DNA from: Macrostomum hystrix | Taxonomy: Eukaryota > Animalia > Platyhelminthes | Assembly: GCA_950097015.1 (NCBI GenBank) | Contig: CATNEN010000029.1 | Span: forward strand, 7,316,001 to 7,380,000 | Reading direction: 5' to 3' | DNA: 64,000 nt | In this document: positions 12,990 through 24,085 of the stretch, in pieces | Position numbering within the stretch: the stretch's first letter is position 1 | Layout of the letters: each line of letters begins with the position of its first letter | The notes under the pieces: model-generated | Databases searched by the model: none | What the model saw: only the letters and a program-made list of their open reading frames with translations | Told to the model about the DNA's origin: nothing | Translations under genes and position numbers: made by a program

Positions 12990-13470
12990 CTCACCAACTC
13001 CCGGACCTCCTTTTGCGGCTCTCGCGAAGGGACATCGTGTGGCCACCATGACCCTATCCGGTCACGGGTGCTTCACCAGGCGCCAATTTCTGCAGGGCAA
13101 TACCGCCAACGCTACCTGTTACTTCTGTAATCTAGGAGACGAAACCCCACTTCGTCAGCATCTGTCCTGCCTTTAAGCGAGATAGACTCACTTAACTAGG
13201 GCCGAACACATCCATCCAGGAAGCGTGTAAACCCTAAAATGTCAATCAGCTCATGCGGTACCTTCGGGCCACCCGCTACGCTGAACTCCCGCTTCCAGCA
13301 GTGAGCAACATAGCTGCTGGCACCACCGAGTGACCTCCCTGGTCGACGCCAACTCATCACTCATGACAGCGCGTCGGTCTGGGTTCTGGGTTTAGCGGAA
13401 TGGGCGGCTTCGCCTTACCGCTGCGTTCCTACTGGACCGCCCTGCAGCCAAGTCAAAGTAAGTCAAAACC
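12990..13470 (+). mobile_element. Degenerate 3' end of a non-LTR retrotransposon (LOA/I/R1-type C-terminal zinc knuckle, 3' UTR and AAGT-type tail)
   Basis: Frameshifted translation LLRLSRRDI..MTLSGHGCFTRRQFLQGNTANATCYFCNLGDETP(H)FVSICPAFKRDRL..LG fits the GH...CxxC...ETxxH...CP signature of these clades. It ends in AAGTCAAAGTAAGTCAAAA. Confidence 0.7.
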
Positions 13471-13578
13471 CTCGTCCTTATTAAAGTAATGCCATTTTTT
13501 CCTCTTATCTTTAATAAGACTTGCTAAAGGCTTGCTGTTAAGCTGGTTTGTACGAGATTATCGAGTTTGTCGTACTAA

Positions 13579-14065
13579 GAGAGTGGTGAACTAAGGATGG
13601 TAGGCCGTGGGTTGGAGCTGACGAGTGAGTCATCAAGATAATGTACATTCTATGATTTTTCCTGATAGAGTTGTGAACTATGAGGGCAGGCTTTGGGGTG
13701 GAGCTAAGGAGTGAGTCAGCATGATAATGTACATTCTATGATTTTTCCTGATAGAGTTGTGAACTATGAGGGCAGGCTTTGGGGTGGAGCTAAGGAGTGA
13801 GTCAGCAAGATAATGTACATTCTATGGTTTTTCCTGATAGAGTTGTGAACTATGAGGGCAGGCTTTGGGGTGGAGCTAAGGAGTGAGTCAGCATGATAAT
13901 GTACATTCTATGGTTTGTACTGATGGAGTTGTGAACTATGAGGGCAGGCTTTGGGGTGGAGCTAAGGAGTGAGTCAGCATGATAATGTACATTCTATGGT
14001 TTTTCCTGATAGAGTTGTGAACTAGGAGGGCCTTCCGTGGGGTGGAGCTGACGAGTGAGTCATCA
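13579..14065. repeat. 86-bp tandem repeat, ~5 copies
   Basis: GATAATGTACATTCTATG recurs at 13637, 13723 and onward (period 86). Confidence 0.93.
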
Positions 14066-14562
14066 TTAAGCAAAATTATCAGTGCTTTGCATACCTGTCA
14101 TGCGCATTAAAATAAACTTCACAATACAATAAGCAAGCATATGATGAGAGCCGTTTTATTGTGAGACTAACATAACCCTGCCCGCGAGTCCATTAGCTAG
14201 CAGAAAAAATATTAGTTCTGTAAGTACATGTAGCTCGAAATCTTTTGCACAAATTCATTGCATGTTCAAAGCTACGTAGAAAATAAAGAGGCTGTGTCTA
14301 CCATCAAGTCAGCACTTGAAGAGAAAAACAATTTGTTACTGTAGAGAGTTTCGCCAATTCGTTCGCTCAATTGAGATGAGAAGCGGATAGAAAGAAATTG
14401 ACCAACTAAGAACGTGCAGCTAGCTACTCAGACACCTCTGCCCCGCCCCAGTCAAGCGCTGATTGGCTGCGGCTTTAGACTTATTGAAAGGAAGCACAGA
14501 TGCAGAGCTGCATATAGCAGTGTAAAGGTCATTTGGATGGCCCTGAATAAGTCTGCAACGGC

Positions 14563-17500
14563 ATGGGCGACGCGGCTAAGCTTACGGTTGACCTGCAGGA
14601 GGCTGACGGCTTTGGCAGCAGCGAGAAGCAGCCGCCGCCAGCCAGGGACCTCTGGTCTGGCAGGTTCGGCTTCCTGCTAACGGTGATGGGCTACAACATC
14701 GGCCTGGGCAACATGCTGCGCTTCCCCTACCTGGTGATGAAGAACGGAGGCGGTGGGTTCAATTTTGGGTTGCTCACTGGATATTCTTGGACTGAGTTCA
14801 AGTGCATGAGAACGGGCTCTGAATTGCAGGTGCCTTCCTCATCCCCTACTTCGTGTTCCTCTTCACCATCGGCATCCCGCTGTTCATGCTGGAGCTGCCG
14901 CTGGGCCAGTACTCGGGCAAGTCGGCTGTGCTCTTCTTTAAGAACCTGTGCCCGCTGCTCACCGGTGAGTTGTTAAGCGACTTCGCAAGTACGCTTGTTG
15001 TTAGATCATTTTAAATCGCAATGAGTTACGGACAATTAAAAGTTTTTGCTCACAGTTTAGCCAGCTGTGTGGCTTATCTCCGTGCTTGACAAGCACAGAA
15101 CCTTCTTAACATCAACGCGATTGTGCTTATCTGAAACTTCTAGCCTACAGATCGGGAGTTCGAATCTCAGACAATATGGAAGCAATTTTTGTCCTTGAGT
15201 AAAACAATGGATTCCATAGTGCTTCAGTTTATCCAGCTGTAAAATGGGTCCAAGCATCGGTTGGGGTAGAAATTTGGGTGGGTGTGCCTGCCTCCCCAGT
15301 CCATGGACTGATCAGCTGTACATAGCCTTTGGATGCGCTGCGCAATAGCTGCGGCTGTGCTGTCTGCTGCACAACTGGCCCAACTGAAAGCAGCAATATA
15401 AACACCTGCAGGCATCGGATGGTGCAATGTTATAATGTGCTTCTTCTTCAACATCTACTACCTGGTGCTGATGTCCTGGATCTGCTACTACCTGGTGCAC
15501 AGCTTCTTCAACCCACTGCCCTGGTCGTTCTGCAACGCCGCGTGGAACTCCAGCAGCTGCTATCGGGTGAACCTGACTGCGGCCAACTTAAGCGACAGCT
15601 ACTTGGCGAACATGGACGCTCATCAGCTGGTAATTGGACATTTAGCTTTGCCTTTTCTGCACCATGGAGAACATTCAAAAAAATATTTATTTTGACTAGT
15701 AAGCGATGCATTTCGCCCATTGTTCGTCTACTAATCTTAGTTTGTTTAAGGAGTGTACACAAAGTTGTACATCTGCCATGCACATCTGACACGTCACTCA
15801 CATATTGTGTTTCGAGAGCTGCCCCTTTAAGGCTTGTAAATAGCGCATTGTGTTAGCCTCCAGGGCTGCAATCCAAATGAATGTGTAGCTTTAATGTGTA
15901 GCTTTAAGGTGTCGCCTCGCCGCGGATTCTGAATCCAGTTTAGGGAATTTTGTGCGAGAGACTAGCACTTTGGACTCAATGATAAAAACGCATCATTGAA
16001 TTGATTATAACGAACTTTCAGAGATCCGACAATTGCTCAGCGTTCGACAGCAAGCGGTTATCACCGACAGAGCTATTCTTTGAGTAAGTTGAATTTCGAA
16101 GTACCTCAAACCACATTCGAGGCCCTGGTCCCAGTACGTCAATCAAATACGCCTTGGTCCCCGTACGTCAATCAACGCAGCCCTGGTCCCCGTACGTCAA
16201 TCAACGACGCCCTGGTCCCCGTACGTCAATCAAAGCTGCCCTGGTCCCCGTACGTCAATTAACGACGCCCTGGTCCCAGTACGTCAATCAAAGCTGCCCT
16301 GGTCCCCGTACGTAAATCAACGACGCCCTGGTCCCCGTAAGAAATCAAAGCCGTCCCTCTTGCCATTGCGCAGGCGCAACCTGCTCGGGCTTACATCCGG
16401 CATCCACGACCTTGGCCAGATGCGCTGGGATCTGGTGATCTGCTTGGCTGTCTCGTGGGTCTGCGTCTACCTGTGCCTAGTCAAAGGAGTGCAGTCGCTG
16501 GGAAAGGTACTAAATGTCATTCTTTTTTACGGAGTGTATTTTTTAGTATATCCCTATTGCTTGCTAAGTTTGGACGCTAAAAAGAGAAGCAGAACCCGGC
16601 TAAAGGCTGAATCGACTTTTCTATAGCTTTTCAAACTGTTGGGGTTAACTGAGCTTTGGGTAAAACCAATTTAGACATTTTTAATAACCTTTGAATGTTC
16701 CTCCTTGTAAAAGTGACTGCTTACCTTTAAAAACTGAAAATAATATATGGTAATCGCTCTCAAGCAAAATACACAAAATTAGAATCCATGCATATTTTAG
16801 CTTTTTCTTTAATTTACGCGTCTGGTAGTTAGCATGTCGCGACATTTTGTGACACTTTTGCGACTTTGGTGAAATTTCACAACCTGATTCGTGTATAACC
16901 ATGTGAATTGGATGAGTAAATGTCACTTGAATGTTCTGTCTGAAAACAAAAAAACATGTTACAATATGGACTGCCCTTGGACTCTCTGACTGATACTCCC
17001 GCCAGGTCGTGTACGTCACCGCGCTGGGTCCGTACCTGTTCCTGCTCGTCCTTCTGGTGCGCGGCCTCACTCTGCCGGGCGGCTTCCATGGCGTGCTCTA
17101 CTACCTCAGCCCCGACTGGGCCCGGCTGGCCACCGCCGCGCCCTGGGTGGAGGCGGCTCAGCAAATCTTCTGGAGCCTCGGCCCGACCTGGGGCTGCACC
17201 ATCTGCATGGCGTCGCACAACCGATTCCGCAACAATATCTACCGAGACAGCCTGCTGCTGCCGCTGGTCTGCGCTCTCACCTCCTTCTTCGCCGGCTTCG
17301 TCACGTTTTCGTTTGTGGGCGACTTGGCCGTGCGGTCCGGCCGGCCGATTCCGTGCGTGCTGAAGGCCGGCCTCAGCCTGGCCTTCGTTGTGTACCCGAC
17401 GGCCTTCGACAGCCTGCCGGTGCCGCAGCTGTGGGCTGTGCTGTTCTTCGTGCTGCTCATTCTGCTGGCCCTGGACAGTGCGGTGAGGATCGCTTGCCTT

Positions 17501-20500
17501 TCCAATGCGTTTCTCAATCTTCAATTAATTTTTTTTCGTGTGATTGATGACAGCTTAGGTTGGGACGTGGAGGGCTTTTGCACAAATAACATGACAAAGC
17601 AAATACGCTCGTACTTGAGCGCTCGTGTAAAATCTGGTTCAGTAGTGAATCAGCTATAAGAAAATCTTACTTGTATGTTTATCCTAATTAATAATTAATA
17701 TGCTCTTCAACTGTCACGAGCTGTCACGAGTTTAGTAATTTTCTTATTTGCGTGGGCGTCGAAGTTGGCGGTTCGGAGCGTCGTCAACGCCGATACTGTG
17801 ACGCATCCACCCATTTTGCAGGCATACAATATTTGCATTGTGCACCTTTGTTAGGGCATTAAGCACGTAGAATATGCGTGATGCATCTATGTGTCCGCTG
17901 GGACCTGCAATCGATGGTCAGACAGCTAATGTTTCCCCGTTTGCCAAGCTCAAACTGATCGATAGTTCTCTCGTTACACAATGAATCGCGCGTGACTAAC
18001 GTCATGCACTTTACTTAATTCTCATCCCGCTTTGTGTTTTTACAAAATGGTCTTTTGTTTGTGATGATCACAACCAAAATGGCTGTAGAATGTTGCTTGC
18101 AATAGTGCTAATTTAATAATCTATGAAATGGCATTGGTACCTTTAAGCATCTCAGTTAATCGAGCCAGTCATGGGCTGTTTTTCCAACCGTAGTGTCGAG
18201 ACTGTTATCATTAGAAGAAGCCTAACCTTAATAGAGCACTGCATGACCGGGGCAGTCGTTTTGTTTCATTGCACTGTGTTAACCAAAGTCCAGGGGGAAC
18301 GCGAGGTGCACTAGAAAAGCTAGCTGGGTAATCATGAGTACTTCAGAAAACTGAGGCTTGTGTGGATTCTATACATGCCTGGCTTCGTTCACACGCCATC
18401 CCCTCATGCGAACAAACAGCCATTGTATCTGACTGTCGGCTTGTACTGCTGCCGATTGCCAGGTAGAAATCCGACTGAGGGCGACTCCTGCCTGTAAACA
18501 TATGGCTAGGCATTGAAGAGTGGACAATTTTTCCATCCTCGCTGTGAAGTAGTAGCGCGACGCGGGACTTGGAAAGACAAATAGCAGCTAGATGTGCAAT
18601 TAAGGTTACTCACTGCTGTTCGATGCTGGATTATTAACCACATCTCGGCTTTAATACAAGCTGCGACTTAAAGCGATTAAACAAATGTGTGTATATGTGC
18701 AACAGGTCCAATTGTGGTTTCTGTGGGAGCTTGAAGAGGTCAGGAGTCAGGAATCAGGAGTTCAATCGGGCCAGATGTGAAGCTACTGCGCGGCGCATCT
18801 GAAGGCTGCGGGCAGATACTGTTCAGTCCATGGACTGGGAGGATGCAGCACCCACCTCTATTACCCCAGCTAAAGCTGCACTACCCATTTAATATCTGGG
18901 TGAACTGAAGCAATGCAGAGTTAAGCGTGTTGCTAATATTGCTGCAGCTAGGCATAAACAGAGTCACTTGAGTCATACTTCAAATCATATGCTAGGTAGC
19001 TTTGTAATTTGATCGAGTGCACGCATAAAAATTTCCTTCAATAATCAGCGTCGTGTTTGTCATCCGATTTCATGAGAAATAATTTAGCTTCCACGCGTCC
19101 TTTGATTGCCAACAGTTTGGAACATTCGAGGCCATGTACATGAGCATCGCGGACGCACATCCCCGCCTGCTGCTGAAGAGAGCCTGGGCCTCCAAGCTGT
19201 TCGTGTGCATTGTGAGCCTACTGATGGGACTGCCGATGATGACTCAGGTGTTTATTAATTAGCAACATAGTAACATGCTGACGGGGCTAAACAGCTTGCT
19301 TGTTTTCATATGCATGGTTACTATATATGCAACTAATTTTCCAGGGCGGATACTACATCTACACTTTGGTGGACTGGTACCAGGCTGCCTTCGTCATGGT
19401 TATAGCTTTTGTTCAAGTCATGGCCATGGCGTATGCCTATGGTAAGGTCTTGCTGATAAGCAACCGGCTCTAATCAACATCTAATTCCAAACTAAGAGTA
19501 AATTCATCAGTAAAACTAAATTTCCCGTTAAGAAATAGCATCGTAATGCTCCGTAAAGCTGAAGGTACATTAAAAAACTATGATCGAGGTGCAATGTGCT
19601 CTTAATAATATAAGGCATTGATCCTCGTACGATATAGCACGAGTAAATAAGCAATTAGCATCGGACAATAAGCCGCATGTAGACTTGACTTCATCTCGGT
19701 TACTGAAGTAAATCCCGAACTCAATTCCAACACAAACTGCCAGGCAGTCGCCGCATCCGCGCCAACATCTGCCTCATGACTGGCGTCCGCATGACCATCT
19801 TCTGGGACATTGTCTGGCGCGGCTTCCTGCCCATCCTGCTGCTGGTGAGATTCAAAATATTCATGTTTGTAAAGCTTTAACCATGGAGCCTTTATCACAG
19901 TCCTATAAAGAGCTCCCTCTGGACTTCTGACTGAGAGGTCGGTCAGGAGTTCGAGTCCCGGACAATTGGGAAAAATTGTGTCCTTGAATAATCACAATTA
20001 TCTCTTTAGTAAATCAGTTGGGGATAGAAATTTGGTTGGGTGGGTGTTTTGGCCTCTCCAGTCCATGAACTGAACATGGATAAATCACTATTTATGCACT
20101 CTTTCCAGGCTCTGTTTGTGGTCACCATCATGGACTACAGCGCGCCAAGCTACGGCGATTACGAATTTCCTCGGCTGGCTGCCGCGTGCGGCTGGCTGTT
20201 TGCCTCCTGCGGTCTGGTGCCGCTGCCGGTGCTCATGCTGCACGCCGTCATCACAGAGCGGGCCAAACATCGGATCGGGCCGAAGCCCAGCTGGATGACT
20301 GTGAGTCTTGCGCATTGCAGATTATAAAATTAGGAAGAGTTCAAGGTTAGCAAGGCCGATAAAAACCGCAACCGGCCCTCCAGACGCTGAAGCAGCTGCT
20401 GTCGCCGACCAAAGACTGGGAGAGCGTGCGCAACCAGAGCCTGCGCAGCGACCCGGAGCTGAGGGAACGGCTGATCGACATCGGTCAGAAGCTCGGGCCG

Positions 20501-20545
20501 GAGGGCAGCGAGCTGAGTCCGCTGAATCACGCCATTGTGGACTAG
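14563..20545 (+). CDS. SLC6 / neurotransmitter:sodium symporter, amino-acid (glycine-transporter-like) type, 632 aa
   Basis: Eleven phase-consistent exons: 14563-14752, 14830-14964, 15412-15629, 16022-16083, 16374-16506, 17006-17482, 19116-19247, 19345-19441, 19744-19844, 20109-20300, 20384-20545 (1899 nt). Motifs [64 protein letters not shown]. Confidence 0.95.
15110..15312 (+). mobile_element. SINE family A copy (tRNA head remnant, CORE-like body), intronic
   Basis: B-box GTTCGAATC, then TGTCCTTGAG...CTTCAGTTTATCCAGCTGTAAAATGGG...CCAGTCCATGGACTG; homologous to 30421-30715. Confidence 0.75.
16121..16340. repeat. ~30-bp intronic minisatellite (CCCTGGTCCCCGTACGTCAATCAACGACG)
   Basis: About 7-8 copies inside intron 16084-16373. 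Confidence 0.9.
18815..18945 (-). mobile_element. SINE family A partial copy, antisense, intronic
   Basis: Reverse complement reads TTAACTCTGCATTGCTTCAGTTCACCCAG...AAATGGGTAG...CCCAGTCCATGGACTGAACAG. Confidence 0.7.
19920..20072 (+). mobile_element. SINE family A partial copy, intronic
   Basis: GAGTTCGAGTCC B-box, GAAAAATTGTGTCCTTGA, ending CCAGTCCATGAACTG. Confidence 0.7.
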
Positions 20546-20559
20546 AATTGCTAGAATTG

Positions 20560-20680
20560 CAGGGGGAACTGAAGCAATGCAGAGTAACGTGTTTTTTTAA
20601 GTACATGAGCTGTTAGAGTGCAGTCGAAAATCGAACCCCGACCTTTAAATCGTGAGTCCTAAACTGATCTAATCACTCGT
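20560..20680 (-). mobile_element. SINE family A 5' fragment just downstream of the SLC6 stop
   Basis: Reverse complement has GGACTCACGA...GGGTTCGATT and TTACTCTGCATTGCTTCAGTTCCCC. Confidence 0.6.
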
Positions 20681-23039
20681 GCGGACTACAACCGCATCTT
20701 AATATCTTAACTCAGCAACAACAGGTTGTCTAATTCATTTATATTCTACCGAACTGTTTTGTTTATGTGAAAAAAACGCGAAGGTTGTGCGAACGTTTGA
20801 AAAATGTAACAATCATAGGATTGATACATTTGTAGCTCATTCACTACTTTAAACGTAGACATAACATATAGCTAACTTTTGGCTATTTTAGTTTAAGTCT
20901 TACGCTGTTCCATTCCTTCCTACTTTCTGATCCGCACAAATCATACGTAATTCTCTGTAGTTGCATAAGCGTAAAGATTATTCTTTAGTACACTATTCGA
21001 ACGCATTCTATAATACTTGTCTGTACGTATGGCAAAATAATTTTCCTAGTCTTTCGTCGATTAAATTATGTTTAGCTTAAGCGATTGGTTACTGTAGAGT
21101 CAACTCATACGCTAATGAAAAATAGATATTTTAAAGTGTATTCTTTATTATAAAACTGTACTAATGGTACTATTAGTTAATTTTCATCATTTCGAATGCT
21201 CACGTTATTAGAAATTCGTCCATTAATGTGCTGTAGGACACGACCGTAGTAGATTACGTTCTTTAAATGCGTTTTGCAAATTTCCTCAATTTTCTTACTT
21301 TTCTCTAACAACGGTTCAACTGTACACGTAGTACACTTAGAAGAAACTGCTTTTTATTATCGCATATTTATTTGAATTCCATATTCCTGTATTTGCAATC
21401 TTTAGTAGAAAGAACTATAGGTTTTGCGCATTGATTTTTGTTTTGCTATTTAAGTTTAAAAAAATTTGCACACCTTAGAATTTACCATGATAAAATGTCT
21501 ATGGGCACAGAAATTATCACACATGCACACATTAAGTAAATAATAAACGCCGTTTAATTCACATTCTAACCATAGACTATGATGAATTGAACGGCGTTTA
21601 TCATACATGAAATTCGATTGCTTTTTTTTCGTGGGCATCCCATCTGATTGATAGACATATAGGTTTAGACCATAATTGATTCCGACCATAGACAAAAAAA
21701 TAAATTTCTCACTATAAGATACAGTCACGAACGCAGCCAGTCAGTCAGTGGTGGCAAAACGTAAAAGCCGAATTCAAAGTTCACTTCAATGTTCCATATA
21801 ATGCTCCTTATTTCGAGTTTTTTGTCAAATATTCTCACCAAAAATTACCATAGACAACACGTACATTCGCGGCTCAGAATAGTACAATTTTTAACGAGTA
21901 AATAAGCAATCGTATTTTATTAATGACTCCAGCGCTAAATATATAAAGGCTAATAAATAACTTAAAAAGAGCGCTTACAATATGTTGTTGCTACCACAAG
22001 CATATTGTTTAATTGAAATCATTTTAGTCAATTGAAGGAAGTTTTATATACTATTTTATTTGTGAATATGCATGTAATGAATTATACATTTGCACTATAC
22101 GCGAGTATGCATGCCTGTGTACTATATTTGAAGTGCTGTACGCATTACCAAAAAGTAAGGGCAATTGCTAACTATAAAATTCGATAACCAAAACCGGGAA
22201 ATTTGTACTTATTGTTACTTTCCGGCCATAGTCGCTATACTCGCTACTTATCATTTCCTACATTTTTGCTACAATTTTGCACTTAGTGCTTCTTTTTTGA
22301 CGACATTATAGACACATTTTGCTTTCTCTTTAGTCCTACCTTGTATAAGTATCTTTGTTCATTGTGTTAATTATCTTTTTCTTTAACTAATTTTTTTTCA
22401 TAAAAACTGTGAAAATGAGAAGACAAGATAACAAATTCAGAAAAATATGAATTACAATAAATTCTTACGACAAAGCCAAGCCAATCAATAGGTCTAACAC
22501 TCATTATTATTAAAACTTAAGCACACTGATTGGGTCACTGATTTTTTGTTTGTTTTGTGTAAATAATATTTTAGAGAGCGTGGTTGATTCGAAATGTAAT
22601 GGGTGATAAAAATAACAGAAGCATGTACAAATTGTAACAAAATATTTTAATAAAACAAACACGAAGTATTAAAGCTGAAAACTTAAATCTAAACTGGCTG
22701 GGAGAAAAAATGCATAGTGACAGTAGAACAGTTACACGTGCAGTTACAGAGAAAAATAGGGCCCCTGAGCAGCGGCGTTGTTAATCTTAGTGTAATCATT
22801 TAATTTTTAGGTGCAATCAATCATACGTAACATATATAGTAATTTTAAACTTGAAGTCGTAGTTTGAATCGATCGAAAAGTTTTTTTGTATTCAACGTCT
22901 AAGAATCCTGCGGCAATGTTGCAGTTTGTTTCGCGTAATTATTTTTACTTTTGAATACGCATCAACGTGTCACGAAGTCATGAAGATGAACAATCAAACA
23001 AGTGAACATTAACAGGACTATAACATCGCTCCTTAGTCA

Positions 23040-23720
23040 CTGAATCCTCAAAAGTCGCTCAAAACAAGTCTCAGAACTCAAATCCTCACAGGGGACAGTA
23101 ATGGGCAATCCAATACAGCACTGCACCGAAGACGTTGGTAAGGTACATGCGACGCCTGAGGAACTCTTCGAGATGACTTTCAAAGAGAGCATCGGATGTG
23201 CCATGCATCGATCTGAATTTGTGCTTAGCATATATGCCCACGTACCTTCAATTGTGTTCGTATGAACCGTCGCATCCTGAGTTGACGAAGTGCAGACGGT
23301 TGTTGACAACGGAATGGTTCTGGAGCCCAGCATACGCCAGCCAGCCATCCGCGTGAGGATCCGAGTTCTAGGTAGAACGTGGTGCTGAATTATAGGACCA
23401 TTGTCTGGGCAGTCCTGTCTGGTACAACTACCATCATGCACTTGCTCGTGTGGCGTTCGACCATGCCTAACACCCAATGCCCTTCGCGCCACACGCACCT
23501 TGGTGGTACTTCTATGCATAAATTTTGACATGTCAATCTCTACTTCACGCCCGAGTCCACCTAACTCTAGCAGCTCTTGACTGCAGTTGCATGTCTGTGC
23601 CACATCGTTGACAGGTCACTTGATTGGCCAGCAGGTGGAACTTAGCTAGCCAACGAACCGTTGATACTGTGTCGCGATCGTCACATCTACATGTAGCGAA
23701 AAGGGGATGTGCCATCTGTC
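23040..23720 (-). mobile_element. Merlin (IS1016/ISXO2-like) DDE transposase remnant, frameshifted and internally deleted
   Basis: LGGLGREVEIDxSKF.HR, PIIQHHVLPxTRILT(D) and VHTNTIEGTW are ISXO2/Merlin motifs. An N-terminal WLAKFHLLANQVTCQRCGTDMQL sits in another frame. Confidence 0.8.
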
Positions 23721-23765
23721 AGATAGAGTAGCTCGGCAGCAGGTACAACGTCAGTAGGTGGGAAG

Positions 23766-24085
23766 ACGTTAGCGAGATTTTACCGCGCGGTAAAAACCGC
23801 TAACTTTACCGCATATTAATGGCAACACATAACCCTGCGGTGAAGTTAGCGGTTTTTACCGCACTGTTTATAACATGTTAAAAAACCGCACTGTTTAACA
23901 AACCTTATTATGCGGTAGACTATGCGGAATTTATCGCACTGTTTAAATAACCTCAGTGCGGTTTTTTAACATGTTATAAACAGTGCGGTAAAAACCGCTA
24001 ACTTCACCGCAGGGTAATGTGTTGCCATTACTATGCGCGCGGTAAAGTTAGCGGTTTTTACCGCGCGGTAAAATGTCGCTAACGT
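23766..24085. mobile_element. Fold-back / MITE-like element with ~135-bp inverted arms
   Basis: Begins ACGTTAGCGAGATTTTACCGCGCGGTAAAAACCGCTAACTTTACCGC and ends with its near-exact reverse complement; internal subrepeats (TTTTACCGC / GCGGTAAAA). No TSD seen. Confidence 0.85.
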
